The notes under the pieces are model-generated. The model was not told where the DNA came from, did not search any database, and was given only the letters and a program-made list of their open reading frames with translations. Both the position numbers and the translations under genes were made by a program. DNA of 64,000 nucleotides from Anaerolineales bacterium (lineage in GTDB: Bacteria; Chloroflexota; Anaerolineae; Anaerolineales; Villigracilaceae), in the NCBI GenBank assembly GCA_016744335.1, contig JADGEO010000008.1, positions 15,736 to 79,735 on the forward strand, written 5' to 3'. Positions 16,916 to 24,843 of the stretch are shown in pieces; position 1 is the first letter of the stretch; the number at the start of each line of letters is the position of its first letter.

Positions 16916-17638
16916 TTATTCTCCTGTATTATTAACAAGGCTATCGATAGAGAACTCTCCAAAGCAGACTTCTGTGCTATCCCATGAGCGGAGTCCAACG
17001 CCGCCTTCATCGTAGGTGCTATCTTGCCCGACAAGAACTTTTTCACCATCAAGATAGACGGTAAAGGTATCGCCTTCTACATCTAACTTCATGTCGTGTG
17101 GTTCTCCGCTCCAGTCGTATCCTGGCATTTTTTTTACTGCAAAGGGAGGTAGTTCGCGCCCGTTAACCCACTTTCTCATGATAATTGAACCGCCGCCCCA
17201 GCCGGGGTCGTATTGAACGATATAGCCATTAGTGCGCCCATCCATTTCTGTTCCACGGAAAAATACGCCGTAGCCGTTCCCTTTATCTAATTGTGCATCG
17301 CTTAGGTTTACGGTGTAGTCTTTGTTGTTTGTCATATCTTGTGAGCAGTTATTGAGGTTTTTGGCACTACGAGATGTGCATAGCTTCCCGTCTTTGGTCT
17401 CCCATCCGCCGTATTGGGATGTCCAATTATCGTATGTTGAAAAATCATCTTGGCAGTAGACCCCAGCACAAGCATCTTCGTTGCCTATGCTTTTGGCTAT
17501 AGAGCAGTAGGTGTCGTAAAGGCTGAACCCCATTGCATTTAGTGCAAGCATTATCGACATTGCAACGAGTACGGCAATAAGCGCGTATTCTACAAGCCCT
17601 TGCCCTTTGGTATTATTTCTTAAGATATTCTTTTTCAT
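16916..17638 (-). CDS. Flp/Fap-type prepilin N-terminus fused to a DUF1080/LamG-like jelly-roll domain
   Basis: The N-terminus MKKNILRNNTKGQG|LVEYALIAVLVAMSIM matches the class-III (Flp) prepilin pattern G/xxxEY. The C-terminal ~190 aa carries DUF1080-like motifs: GGWETKDGKL, GYGVFFRG, GYIVQYD, DTFTVYLDGEKV, GGVGLRSW. Confidence 0.65.
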   Translation of the reverse strand: MKKNILRNNTKGQGLVEYALIAVLVAMSIMLALNAMGFSLYDTYCSIAKSIGNEDACAGVYCQDDFSTYDNWTSQYGGWETKDGKLCTSRSAKNLNNCSQDMTNNKDYTVNLSDAQLDKGNGYGVFFRGTEMDGRTNGYIVQYDPGWGGGSIIMRKWVNGRELPPFAVKKMPGYDWSGEPHDMKLDVEGDTFTVYLDGEKVLVGQDSTYDEGGVGLRSWDSTEVCFGEFSIDSLVNNTGE

Positions 17639-17664
17639 ATAAGTGCCTCCTTATAATATAGATG

Positions 17665-18879
17665 TTATTTTTTTCGTCTTGCCATAAATCGTTTATAAAC
17701 TTTTTTCCAGGTATCACTAGGAGAAATAGGTTTGTTTTTTTTATGTTTTCTTGAGCTAAGTAGAAAAGCAAAGTCTTCAAATAATGCTGTAAGTGTACTT
17801 TCGGGGTGTTCTAGGGTAAGAGGTTTTCCGTAATTAATTGCTCGAACAAATTTATCGGCAATATGAGGAATCGTGATAGTAATTGGTACCGAGAGGGCGT
17901 CTTCTATTTTCTTTACCGTTAAATCAGAGCGTGGAATAACGGCATTGAGGATGAGCTTTACTTTTTCTGGAGGATAGCCTAATTTCCTGTAGGTGTCTAG
18001 CGCGGCAGAAGCGGCTCGGATAGATGCCATTTCTGGAGCGACTAGTAATAAGATTATATCGGCTTCATCGAGTACGCTGAGTGTCATTGGGCTAAAGTCG
18101 TGAGGTAGGTCACAGATGATATAACTGAATTCCTTACGCAGTATGTTTAGGATGCCGTTTAGGGTTTCTTTTTCTAGCGGAGAGGCTTCAGAGGGTAGGG
18201 TTGGCGCAGGGATGAAATCAAGCCCGCTTTCGTGTTGACTGATGGTTGAATTGACCGCTTCTATATCTATGCTTTCTGCATCAAAGCGGGCTAGGTCTGT
18301 CCAGGTTCGTTTGAGGGGGGCATTTAGCATGAGGGCAACTTGTCCGGCTGTCATTGCCATATCGAGCAAGATGGTTGGTTTTTCCCAGAGTCGATATATG
18401 GATAAAGAAAGGTTAATTGCGAGGCTAGAGCATCCTGTGCCGCCGCGTAAGCTATGCACTGCAATTAGGCGTGCTTTTTCTTTTTCGTTAACGCGAGTAG
18501 ATTTTACACGTTTATTGCGCCGCAATAACACCTCTATGCGGGCTATCAATTCTTTAGGTTCAAATGGTTTTGATAGGTAATCGTCTGCGCCGGCTTCGAA
18601 GGCTTCTAGTTTTGCTTGCATATCAGTTTGTGCTGTGAGAATTAATATAGGGGTCTGCGCAAAACTGTTTTCTCTGCGAAGCGTGGTTGTAACTTCATAG
18701 CCATTCATATTGGGCATAATGACATCAGTAATGATTAAATCAGGTTTTAGCCTATGAGCTTTTTGGATTCCTTCACTTCCACTAGAAGCGGTTTCTATGC
18801 GATAGTTTTTTTCCTTAAGCGCATGAATAATCATATTATGATAAATTTCTTCATCGTCTATTACTAAAATTTTAATCAT
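17665..18879 (-). CDS. response-regulator receiver fused to a TadZ/CpaE-like domain with a degenerate Walker A (paralogue of 15061..16278)
   Basis: The REC domain is canonical (VIDDEE, TDVIMPNMNG, ILTAQ, KPF). The ParA-like domain starts at IAVHSLRGGTGCSSLAINLS. I placed the start at MIKILVIDD (ATG 18879, AAAGG SD) rather than the ORF-track start 18927. Confidence 0.8.
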   Translation of the reverse strand: MIKILVIDDEEIYHNMIIHALKEKNYRIETASSGSEGIQKAHRLKPDLIITDVIMPNMNGYEVTTTLRRENSFAQTPILILTAQTDMQAKLEAFEAGADDYLSKPFEPKELIARIEVLLRRNKRVKSTRVNEKEKARLIAVHSLRGGTGCSSLAINLSLSIYRLWEKPTILLDMAMTAGQVALMLNAPLKRTWTDLARFDAESIDIEAVNSTISQHESGLDFIPAPTLPSEASPLEKETLNGILNILRKEFSYIICDLPHDFSPMTLSVLDEADIILLLVAPEMASIRAASAALDTYRKLGYPPEKVKLILNAVIPRSDLTVKKIEDALSVPITITIPHIADKFVRAINYGKPLTLEHPESTLTALFEDFAFLLSSRKHKKNKPISPSDTWKKVYKRFMARRKK

Positions 18880-18958
18880 CGATTTACCTTTGTTTTGGAT
18901 AAGTATGAGATTTTCAGTGTTTGGCATATTGCTTTTAGAGCGTTATATGGTGTGGCAT

Positions 18959-21682
18959 TTAGAGATTTTCTGATAATTCTTCACTTACTTTTTTGGATTC
19001 TTCTTCAATGTCGTTTATTAAATTATCTACTTGGTTTAGATTGCCTTTTTTACCTTCTGCCTCTAACGTTGTACTTAACTCGGCTAGTTTATTGGCAGAG
19101 AATGTTAACGACATGCCTTTGAGGTTATGAGCAACACGATATATTTTTTCTGTATCTGAATGTGCAATGGCTTCTTTTATCTCTGCAATATGTTCAGGGA
19201 GTTTTTTTAGAAAATCTTCGCACATTTCGTTGAAGAATGCCACATCGTTGCCAAAGCGTGGAAGGGCGTCTTCTATATTTACCGCAGGGCTGTTTTTTGT
19301 GGGCACTCCAGTTTGGGGTTGCGCGGCGGGGGCGGGTTTTTTATTTACTAAAGGTGAGGTTGGCACATCTGTTTTCTGCATGTCTTTACTCCATCTTTGA
19401 ATAATAGCGAATAGGGAACGTTTGTCTATAGGCTTAGAGAGATAATCGTCCATACCTGCTTCAAGGCAACGTTCGCGATCTCCCTTCATGGCGTGGGCGG
19501 TCATAGCTATAATTGGGGTATGTTTTTTCCCTGCTTCCCAAGTGCGAATTTGGCGAGTGGCTTCAAAACCATCTAAGATGGGCATTTGCACATCCATTAG
19601 GATAAGGCTATATTCATTTTTCTTATTTTTTTGAACAGCCTCTTCTCCATTGCCGACAATGTCTATGATATGCCCTTCATTTTCAAGCAATGTTGAGGCA
19701 ACTTTTTGATTTATGGGGTTGTCTTCTGCCAATAAAATATATTGTGTTCTTGTTTTTTCTTCTTTTATAAGATGGCGGGTTACGAGCCTGCCATTGTTGG
19801 GTAAGTTATTTCTTTTTTCGTTAATAACCCTTACCAATGCTGTGAAAAGCATTTTTTGCTTTATGGGTTTTAGCAAGTATCCTGCACACCCTAAATCTTG
19901 AAGCCGTTTTGCATCACCACGTTGTCCCATTGATGTTAGCACCACGACACTTAAGTTTTTCTTTCGAGGGTCGCTGAAAATAGCTCGTGCCGTTTGCTCT
20001 CCATCCATTTCTGGCATTTGCATATCAAGTAAAACTAAATCGTACAAATCTCTTTCTTTTCTGGCAACCTGAAGAGCATCGAGTCCCTCTTGCCCACCTT
20101 CAACGGCATAAGCTCTTGCGCCAAAGCTTGAAACCATTTTCTTTAGGATGATTCGATTCGTCGCGTTATCGTCAATAATAAGGATTTTCAATCCCTGCAG
20201 GTCGGTTACTTTAGTTTTTGTTTCGTTCTTGTTTTGGGCTTGTTTACTGAACTCAAGCGTGAAGCTGAAAGTTGATCCTTTTCCATATTCGCTTTCTACG
20301 CTTAAATCTCCACCCATCGCTTCGATGAGGTGTTGTGAAATTGCTAAGCCCAAACCCGTGCCACCAAATTTGCGCGTTGTTGAGCCATCTGCTTGCGTGA
20401 AACGCTCAAAAACAGCATCTAAGCGATCAGATTTAATTCCAATGCCTGTGTCTTGCACAGAAAAGCGAATTTTCACATCATTTTCACTTTCTTCTATCGC
20501 TTTTATGTAGATAATCACTTCGCCTTTTTCGGTAAATTTGATGGCATTGCCCACAAGGTTAATCAAAACCTGTCTCAATCTGCCGGGGTCACCAAGTAGG
20601 TGTGTGGGTAATTGAGGCGGGATAAAAGAAATCAACTCTAAGCCTTTTTCTTCGGCGCGACTTGCAATAGTAGATGCGACCCCCTCAACCGTATTGCGTA
20701 AATTGAAGTCTATGATTTCAATGTCTAGTTTTTTTGCTTCAATTTTTGAGTAATCAAGAATGTCATTAAGTAGTGTTAATAAAGCCTCAGCACTCTGTTG
20801 CGCTATAGTGAGATATTCTTTTTGCTCATCACTTAAATCTGTATCTAGTGTGATATCAATCATGCCGATTACACCATTCATCGGGGTACGAATTTCGTGG
20901 CTCATATTGGCTAGAAATTCGCTTTTAGAACGATTTGCTTCCTCAGCAGATTGGCGGGCTTCAACTAAAGTAGATACGTCGTGGTATATAGCCAGAGAGC
21001 CAGCTCTCTTTTCTTCCACAAATACGGGAACACCAAATAACTCTACATTTATAATAGAGCCATCTTTTCGTCTTCGTTTTGCTATTTTATGGACGCGTTG
21101 TTGGGCTACTTCTTGTGTGAGTGTTTCAGCTTCTTTTTTTGTTTCATCGGTAGTAATTAGTTCATCTATATCTTTTCCTTTAACGCCAGCACAGGTGTAG
21201 CCATATAAGTCTTCAAAGGCGGCATTACAGTGTGTTATTTTTTGTTCGTTATCCAATAAGACAACGGCGGTGGGACTGTTTTCAATTAAGGCTTGAAAGT
21301 ATTTTTTTTGGCGTAAAATTTCTTTTTCAGCTTTTTCGCGTTCTCTATTTTCGTTTTTTAAATTCTGGTTACTTTTTTCTAAATCGGCTGTTCTCTCAGC
21401 GATTTTATCTTCTAAATAATGGTTTGTGTTCTCTAGTTTTTCTTCACGTCTTCCTATAGCTCTAAATAGGAGTGCCATAATAATTGGCGCAGTGTCTACA
21501 ACCCAAAGCACGGGGTTGGCAGATTGCAATGCCCAAAAATTAGTCGGGCGTATTGATGTTTTGCTTAAGGTCGCTTCAAGAGTTGTGCCTACTACAGGAA
21601 AAAACAACCCCAAAAATAACCCAAATAAGGTATATCGTTTTGTAGTGGGAATGCTTTCAATCCAAACCGTTATTTTATTCAT
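18959..21682 (-). CDS. hybrid sensor histidine kinase (TM - PAS - HisKA - HATPase - REC - REC - HPt)
   Basis: The H-box is SHEIRTPMNG and the G-boxes are DTGIGI and GGTGLGLAIS. Two receiver domains are present (IIDDNATN..LLDMQMPEMDG and LAEDNPINQ..LMDVQMPILDG). The C-terminal HPt has AHNLKGMS. Confidence 0.9.
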   Translation of the reverse strand: MNKITVWIESIPTTKRYTLFGLFLGLFFPVVGTTLEATLSKTSIRPTNFWALQSANPVLWVVDTAPIIMALLFRAIGRREEKLENTNHYLEDKIAERTADLEKSNQNLKNENREREKAEKEILRQKKYFQALIENSPTAVVLLDNEQKITHCNAAFEDLYGYTCAGVKGKDIDELITTDETKKEAETLTQEVAQQRVHKIAKRRRKDGSIINVELFGVPVFVEEKRAGSLAIYHDVSTLVEARQSAEEANRSKSEFLANMSHEIRTPMNGVIGMIDITLDTDLSDEQKEYLTIAQQSAEALLTLLNDILDYSKIEAKKLDIEIIDFNLRNTVEGVASTIASRAEEKGLELISFIPPQLPTHLLGDPGRLRQVLINLVGNAIKFTEKGEVIIYIKAIEESENDVKIRFSVQDTGIGIKSDRLDAVFERFTQADGSTTRKFGGTGLGLAISQHLIEAMGGDLSVESEYGKGSTFSFTLEFSKQAQNKNETKTKVTDLQGLKILIIDDNATNRIILKKMVSSFGARAYAVEGGQEGLDALQVARKERDLYDLVLLDMQMPEMDGEQTARAIFSDPRKKNLSVVVLTSMGQRGDAKRLQDLGCAGYLLKPIKQKMLFTALVRVINEKRNNLPNNGRLVTRHLIKEEKTRTQYILLAEDNPINQKVASTLLENEGHIIDIVGNGEEAVQKNKKNEYSLILMDVQMPILDGFEATRQIRTWEAGKKHTPIIAMTAHAMKGDRERCLEAGMDDYLSKPIDKRSLFAIIQRWSKDMQKTDVPTSPLVNKKPAPAAQPQTGVPTKNSPAVNIEDALPRFGNDVAFFNEMCEDFLKKLPEHIAEIKEAIAHSDTEKIYRVAHNLKGMSLTFSANKLAELSTTLEAEGKKGNLNQVDNLINDIEEESKKVSEELSENL

Positions 21683-21752
21683 AATAGCTCCACAGAAAAA
21701 AGGAGTTTCTTTTTATTAGACCTCTTGCAAAAGTCTGTTTTTTCTACGCTCC

Positions 21753-21805
21753 CTGCGCCGTCCTCGGCGCAGGCTTCTCTAAAACACGCCGCCGAGGACG
21801 GCGGC
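21753..21805 (-). terminator. pair of GC-rich, mutually complementary hairpins between the RR-HD-GYP gene and the hybrid kinase
   Basis: The first hairpin is CTGCGCCG-TCCT-CGGCGCAG (21753-21772) and the second is GCCGCCG-AGGA-CGGCGGC (21788-21805). On the minus strand the second is followed by GTGTTTT. The two hairpins share a 14-nt complementary core. Confidence 0.4.
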
Positions 21806-21832
21806 TAGAGCACTTATGCAAGATGTCTATTA

Positions 21833-22819
21833 TTAATTATTTTCAACAAATGCTAAAAAGTAGCTAAGAATATCTGGGTCAAAATGTTTCCCAGTTTCTT
21901 CTTTGATATAAGCCAGTGTTTTTTCTCTCGTCCAAGCCTTACGGTAAGGACGGTCTGAAAGTAACGCGTCCCAGACATCTGCAAGGGCGAATATTCGTGC
22001 CGATAGAGGGATTTCTGTGCCTTTTAGCCCACGTGGATAGCCTGAACCATCCCATTTTTCGTGATGGCAATAAGGAATATCGATGGACGGGCGCAAATAG
22101 GTTATATCTTTAAGCATATTATAGGCATGTTGGGGATGTTCTTGCATTAGATGCCATTCTTCGGGTGTTAGTTTTCCGTTTTTAAGTAAAATGGTATCTG
22201 ATATGCCTATTTTGCCTATATCGTGTAATAACGCTCCCCATTTTATATAGCGCAAATCTTTTCCTTGTAAACCCATTTTTTCTGCCAGTGCCACTGATGT
22301 CTTTGCTACGCGTTGATTATGCTCTTCAGTTTCTTGATCTCTTAAGGTAACAGCTTTAGACCAGCCTAAAATGGTGGCATCATAGGCATTGAGCAATTCG
22401 ACATGCGCTTGTTCAAGATTGGTGCGTTCATCATGTAATTTTTGGTAGCGGTTTAGGCGCATAATGCCAGCTATGCGAGCGCGTAATTCATGCCTATCGA
22501 AGGGTTTAGAGAGAAAATCATCTGCACCAGCTTCTAGCGCTAGTAGCATAGATTTATGATCGTTTAATGCAGTGAGAATAATGATGGGTATTTCAGCGAT
22601 ATCTATATTTTGGCGAATACGCTGGCAAACTTGGTAGCCAGTAATATCGGGCATCATTACGTCTAGCAAAATCAAATCGGGTTTGAGTGTTTCGGCTTTT
22701 TCTAGTGCCTGATGACCATTTTTGGCTGTTTTTAATTGATAGCCTTCTGATTCTAGAACCGATACAAGTGTTTGGCGACCTGCGTATTCATCATCTACAA
22801 TTAAAACTGTTTTTTGCAT
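21833..22819 (-). CDS. response regulator with HD-GYP output domain (RpfG family)
   Basis: The REC domain has IVDDEYA, LLDVMMPDITG and KPF. The HD-GYP domain has LLHDIGKIG...YCHHEKWDGSGYPRGL. Confidence 0.9.
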   Translation of the reverse strand: MQKTVLIVDDEYAGRQTLVSVLESEGYQLKTAKNGHQALEKAETLKPDLILLDVMMPDITGYQVCQRIRQNIDIAEIPIIILTALNDHKSMLLALEAGADDFLSKPFDRHELRARIAGIMRLNRYQKLHDERTNLEQAHVELLNAYDATILGWSKAVTLRDQETEEHNQRVAKTSVALAEKMGLQGKDLRYIKWGALLHDIGKIGISDTILLKNGKLTPEEWHLMQEHPQHAYNMLKDITYLRPSIDIPYCHHEKWDGSGYPRGLKGTEIPLSARIFALADVWDALLSDRPYRKAWTREKTLAYIKEETGKHFDPDILSYFLAFVENN

Positions 22820-22836
22820 TGAGTGCTCCTTGTTTA

Positions 22837-22857
22837 AGACTTAAGACTTTAGACTAA
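22837..22857 (-). repeat. heptad-periodic GTCT x3 array directly upstream of the RR-HD-GYP Shine-Dalgarno
   Basis: On the plus strand, AGAC occurs at 22837, 22844 and 22851. The 11-mer AGACTTAAGAC is identical to 2650-2660. In the gene sense it reads GTCTAAAGTCTTAAGTCTTAAACAAGGAG...ATG. Confidence 0.75.
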
Positions 22858-22909
22858 AATCAACAGCTTAGGGCTGATGACCGATATCTGATATCTTAAG
22901 GCTAAATAA

Positions 22910-23554
22910 TCAATCAACTAATTTATATTTTACCGCTATACGAACTAGCCCAGCCAAATTGCGGGCGTCTAATTTTCTCATTATTCTTGAGCGGTGTTTT
23001 TCTACTGTTTTTTCGCTAATAAATAATTCTTCTGCAATTTCGGCACTGGTGTGCTCTTCGGCTATGAGTTGTAAAACTTCTTTTTCACGTGGTGAAAGAT
23101 GTGAAAGGGGGGTGCTATCCCACCCATCTGTAGGGGGATTTGAAACATTTTCGAGCATAATTTCTGAAATTTCTTGGCTTAAATAGCTTTTATTTTGGGC
23201 AAGCGCATAAACGGCTTTAATGAGTTCATCGCTAACTGATGATTTGAGCAAGTAGCCCTTAATGCCATATTTAAATGCTTGATGCACCAAGCTAGGGTCT
23301 GAATACATAGAGAGCAAAAGGATATTGGTCGTAAGCTTTAAGTTATGAATCTTCTCGGCGGCTTGAATACCATTTAGGCGGGGCATCATAATATCCATAA
23401 TGAGTACATCGGGCTGACGTTTTCTAAGTAAGTTTATTGCTTCTTGCCCATTATTGGCTTCACCAAGCACATAAATATCTTTTGTATTTTCAAGTAAAGC
23501 GCGAATACCCGCTCTTACCAACGTGTGGTCTTCGGCTATTATCACATTAATCAT
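22910..23554 (-). CDS. NarL/FixJ-family response regulator (REC + LuxR-type HTH)
   Basis: The REC domain has IIAEDH and IMDIMMPRLNG. The C-terminal HTH is LSPREKEVLQLIAEEHTSAEIAEELFISEKTVEKHRSRIMRKL. Confidence 0.9.
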   Translation of the reverse strand: MINVIIAEDHTLVRAGIRALLENTKDIYVLGEANNGQEAINLLRKRQPDVLIMDIMMPRLNGIQAAEKIHNLKLTTNILLLSMYSDPSLVHQAFKYGIKGYLLKSSVSDELIKAVYALAQNKSYLSQEISEIMLENVSNPPTDGWDSTPLSHLSPREKEVLQLIAEEHTSAEIAEELFISEKTVEKHRSRIMRKLDARNLAGLVRIAVKYKLVD

Positions 23555-24618
23555 CAGTTTTCTCTCGTGGTTAAAGTTTCTTCCAGGAGGAGTTCTGCTA
23601 CTAAGATGGTGCCTTGATTCTCGCTAGAGTTTATATAGAGTTTTCCGCCTATGAGTGTTAGGCGTTCTTTGATGCCTTTTAAGCCTATGCCTTTTTCTTG
23701 TGTTTGGTCATATTCAAAGCCTTTTCCGTTATCTTGTATGGTGAGATTTATCTTGTCTTTCTCTATACTCAATTCTACCCAACTTTTTTTTGCTTGCGTA
23801 TGCTTAATGATATTGGTTAAGCTCTCTTGCAAAACTCGATAAAGAGTAATCTGGTAAATGTCTGAAAAAACGGGTAGGTCATTATCGGCTTCAAAAATAA
23901 TTTCTAAGCCAGTGCTATGTGTAAATTCGGTACAGTAGCTTTGTAGAGCAGTTTCTAAGTTTAGTGTTTCTAACGCAGGAGGGCGTAAATCTTTTACTAA
24001 CCGATGGATATTTGTATAAATTTCTTTTGTGTCTTTGTGTAATTTTTCAAGCCTATCATATAGCGCAGAGTTTGGTGTTGAAAAAGCACCTTGTAGGTTA
24101 CGTAAAGTGAGCAGTTGCATGGTGAGGGCTTGCCCTAAATCATCGTGTAGTTCGCGTGAGAGACGTTTTCTTTCATCTTCTTGCGCAGAAACAACCTGCA
24201 TTGCCATATTTCGCAAATCTTCGCGTTGCGTTAAAAGTGTTCTATAACGGTTTAAGCGGGTAATTGTTTGTACGCGGGCAAGTAGTTCTTGGCGACTAAT
24301 TGGTTTGGTCAAAAAGTCATCTGCGCCCGCTTCTATGCCTTGAACTAGCCACATGGGTTCATTTAAAGCGGTAAGGATGAGAATAGGGACTTCGGCTAAT
24401 TTAGGTATGGTGCGTATTCGTTTACAAACTTCAAAGCCATCCATTTCTGGCATCATTACATCTAATAAAATCAAATCAGGTAAGAGGTGGCGTGCCATTT
24501 TTAGTGCTTCTTTACCATTTGATGCTGATTTTAGTAGGTAGCCTTGCCCCTCTAGCATGGAAATTAGGGTTTCTCTTGCTGATGGCTCGTCGTCTACTAT
24601 TAGGATTGTGCTTTTCAT
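23554..24618 (-). CDS. REC-fused NarL-partner type histidine kinase (REC - HisKA_3 - HATPase)
   Basis: The REC domain has IVDDEPS, LLDVMMPEMDG and KPI. The HisKA_3 H-box is LSRELHDDLGQAL and the HATPase motif is DNGKGF...GIGLKGIKER. I placed the start at MKSTILIVDD (ATG 24618). The stop abuts the NarL-type RR start. Confidence 0.85.
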   Translation of the reverse strand: MKSTILIVDDEPSARETLISMLEGQGYLLKSASNGKEALKMARHLLPDLILLDVMMPEMDGFEVCKRIRTIPKLAEVPILILTALNEPMWLVQGIEAGADDFLTKPISRQELLARVQTITRLNRYRTLLTQREDLRNMAMQVVSAQEDERKRLSRELHDDLGQALTMQLLTLRNLQGAFSTPNSALYDRLEKLHKDTKEIYTNIHRLVKDLRPPALETLNLETALQSYCTEFTHSTGLEIIFEADNDLPVFSDIYQITLYRVLQESLTNIIKHTQAKKSWVELSIEKDKINLTIQDNGKGFEYDQTQEKGIGLKGIKERLTLIGGKLYINSSENQGTILVAELLLEETLTTREN

Positions 24619-24657
24619 AGTTCTTGTTCCTTTTTGGAAGATAGCTCCTTGCATTAT

Positions 24658-24819
24658 GGGGATGAGATGCACGCGGGACGCTCGCGTTTTTGGCTTGGTG
24701 CTTGCGCCCAAGCTGGGGATGTGGGACGTACGTTTCTACGCTATATATGTTTACGTCGAGATCCTGTTGACGATGAGCACTCAAGTAGATGTTACGCGCG
24801 TTGCGGTTTTTTATCATCC
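24658..24819 (+). repeat. structured intergenic element, copy D (CTTGAGTGC-core family)
   Basis: It starts GGATGA and ends TCATCC, like copy C. The 3' part, GCACTCAAGTAGATGTTACGCGCGTTGCGGTTTTTTATCATCC, aligns closely with copy C (16384-16423). Confidence 0.6.
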
Positions 24820-24843
24820 TAAATTTGTACGGTGATTTTTGTG

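Noticed and set aside
22883-22895. The GATATC-T-GATATC double palindrome upstream of the RR-HD-GYP gene, considered as an operator
   Set aside because: The sequence is short and AT-rich and has no second occurrence in the window. There is not enough evidence to call it a site.
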